Assembly (NCBI GenBank): GCA_964234715.1
Contig: OZ174282.1
Length of the DNA: 64,000 nucleotides
Source: Podarcis melisellensis
Lineage: Eukaryota
Direction: 5' to 3' (one strand)
The notes beneath the pieces were generated by a model that saw only the letters and a list, made by a program, of their open reading frames with translations, made no database searches and was not told the DNA's origin. Shown here piece after piece: positions 63,789 to 64,000 of the stretch. The position numbers and the translations under genes are program-made. The stretch's first letter is position 1. Each line of letters starts with the position of its first letter.

Positions 63789-64000
63789 TCTTTTAATATT
63801 GACTACACTGTCCGGTAAACTGATTGAACATGATACATTCTACCTCCACAAATTCTAATTTCTACCTCCACTGTCAAAGGCAGTGTGGCCCTGAGCACCA
63901 GTTGTTGGGAATCATAGGTGTAGCAAGTACTGCTACACTTGGGTTCTATTTGCCGGCACCTGCTTGGTCACTGTGAAAACATGATGCTCAATGGGCCATT

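Larger units (their letters stand above)
6405..64000 (-). other. CDH13: CDH13 intron upstream of the exon (human intron 7 equivalent), >57.6 kb, continuing beyond the window
   Basis: I did not find the preceding exon (recalled as ending ...VVSPALLDRE) in the window. CDH13 is known for very large introns. Confidence 0.8.

Overview
This is vertebrate (squamate) genomic DNA. The repeat content (Sauria/Squam1 SINEs, MIR-derived Squam3-type SINEs, BovB, young L2, CR1) points to a lacertid lizard. The only host coding sequence I can support is one 141-bp, phase 0/0 internal exon of cadherin-13 (CDH13, T-cadherin; equivalent to human exon 8) on the minus strand at 6264-6404. The rest is read as its two flanking introns: >57 kb upstream in transcript order (6405-64000) and >6 kb downstream (1-6263). 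There is a 151-N assembly gap at 37211-37361. Almost all ORF-track entries are chance ORFs or retroelement remnants. I found no prokaryote-style operon, CRISPR array or intact autonomous element, and I cannot claim a new multi-gene system. The most notable observations are: (i) a ~250-bp inverted duplication 2 kb apart with patchy arm identity, in which one arm preserves the empty site of a MITE found in the other; (ii) two related non-coding LTR-like elements that may be DIRS/Ngaro-type, with no clear target-site duplication (TSD) and a covarying stem; (iii) a recursive-splice-site-like motif embedded in a perfect palindrome in the long intron; (iv) duplication scars with templated filler DNA; and (v) nested transposon insertions that give a relative chronology. 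Repeat family names come from my recall of consensus sequences, and the boundaries of old repeats are approximate.
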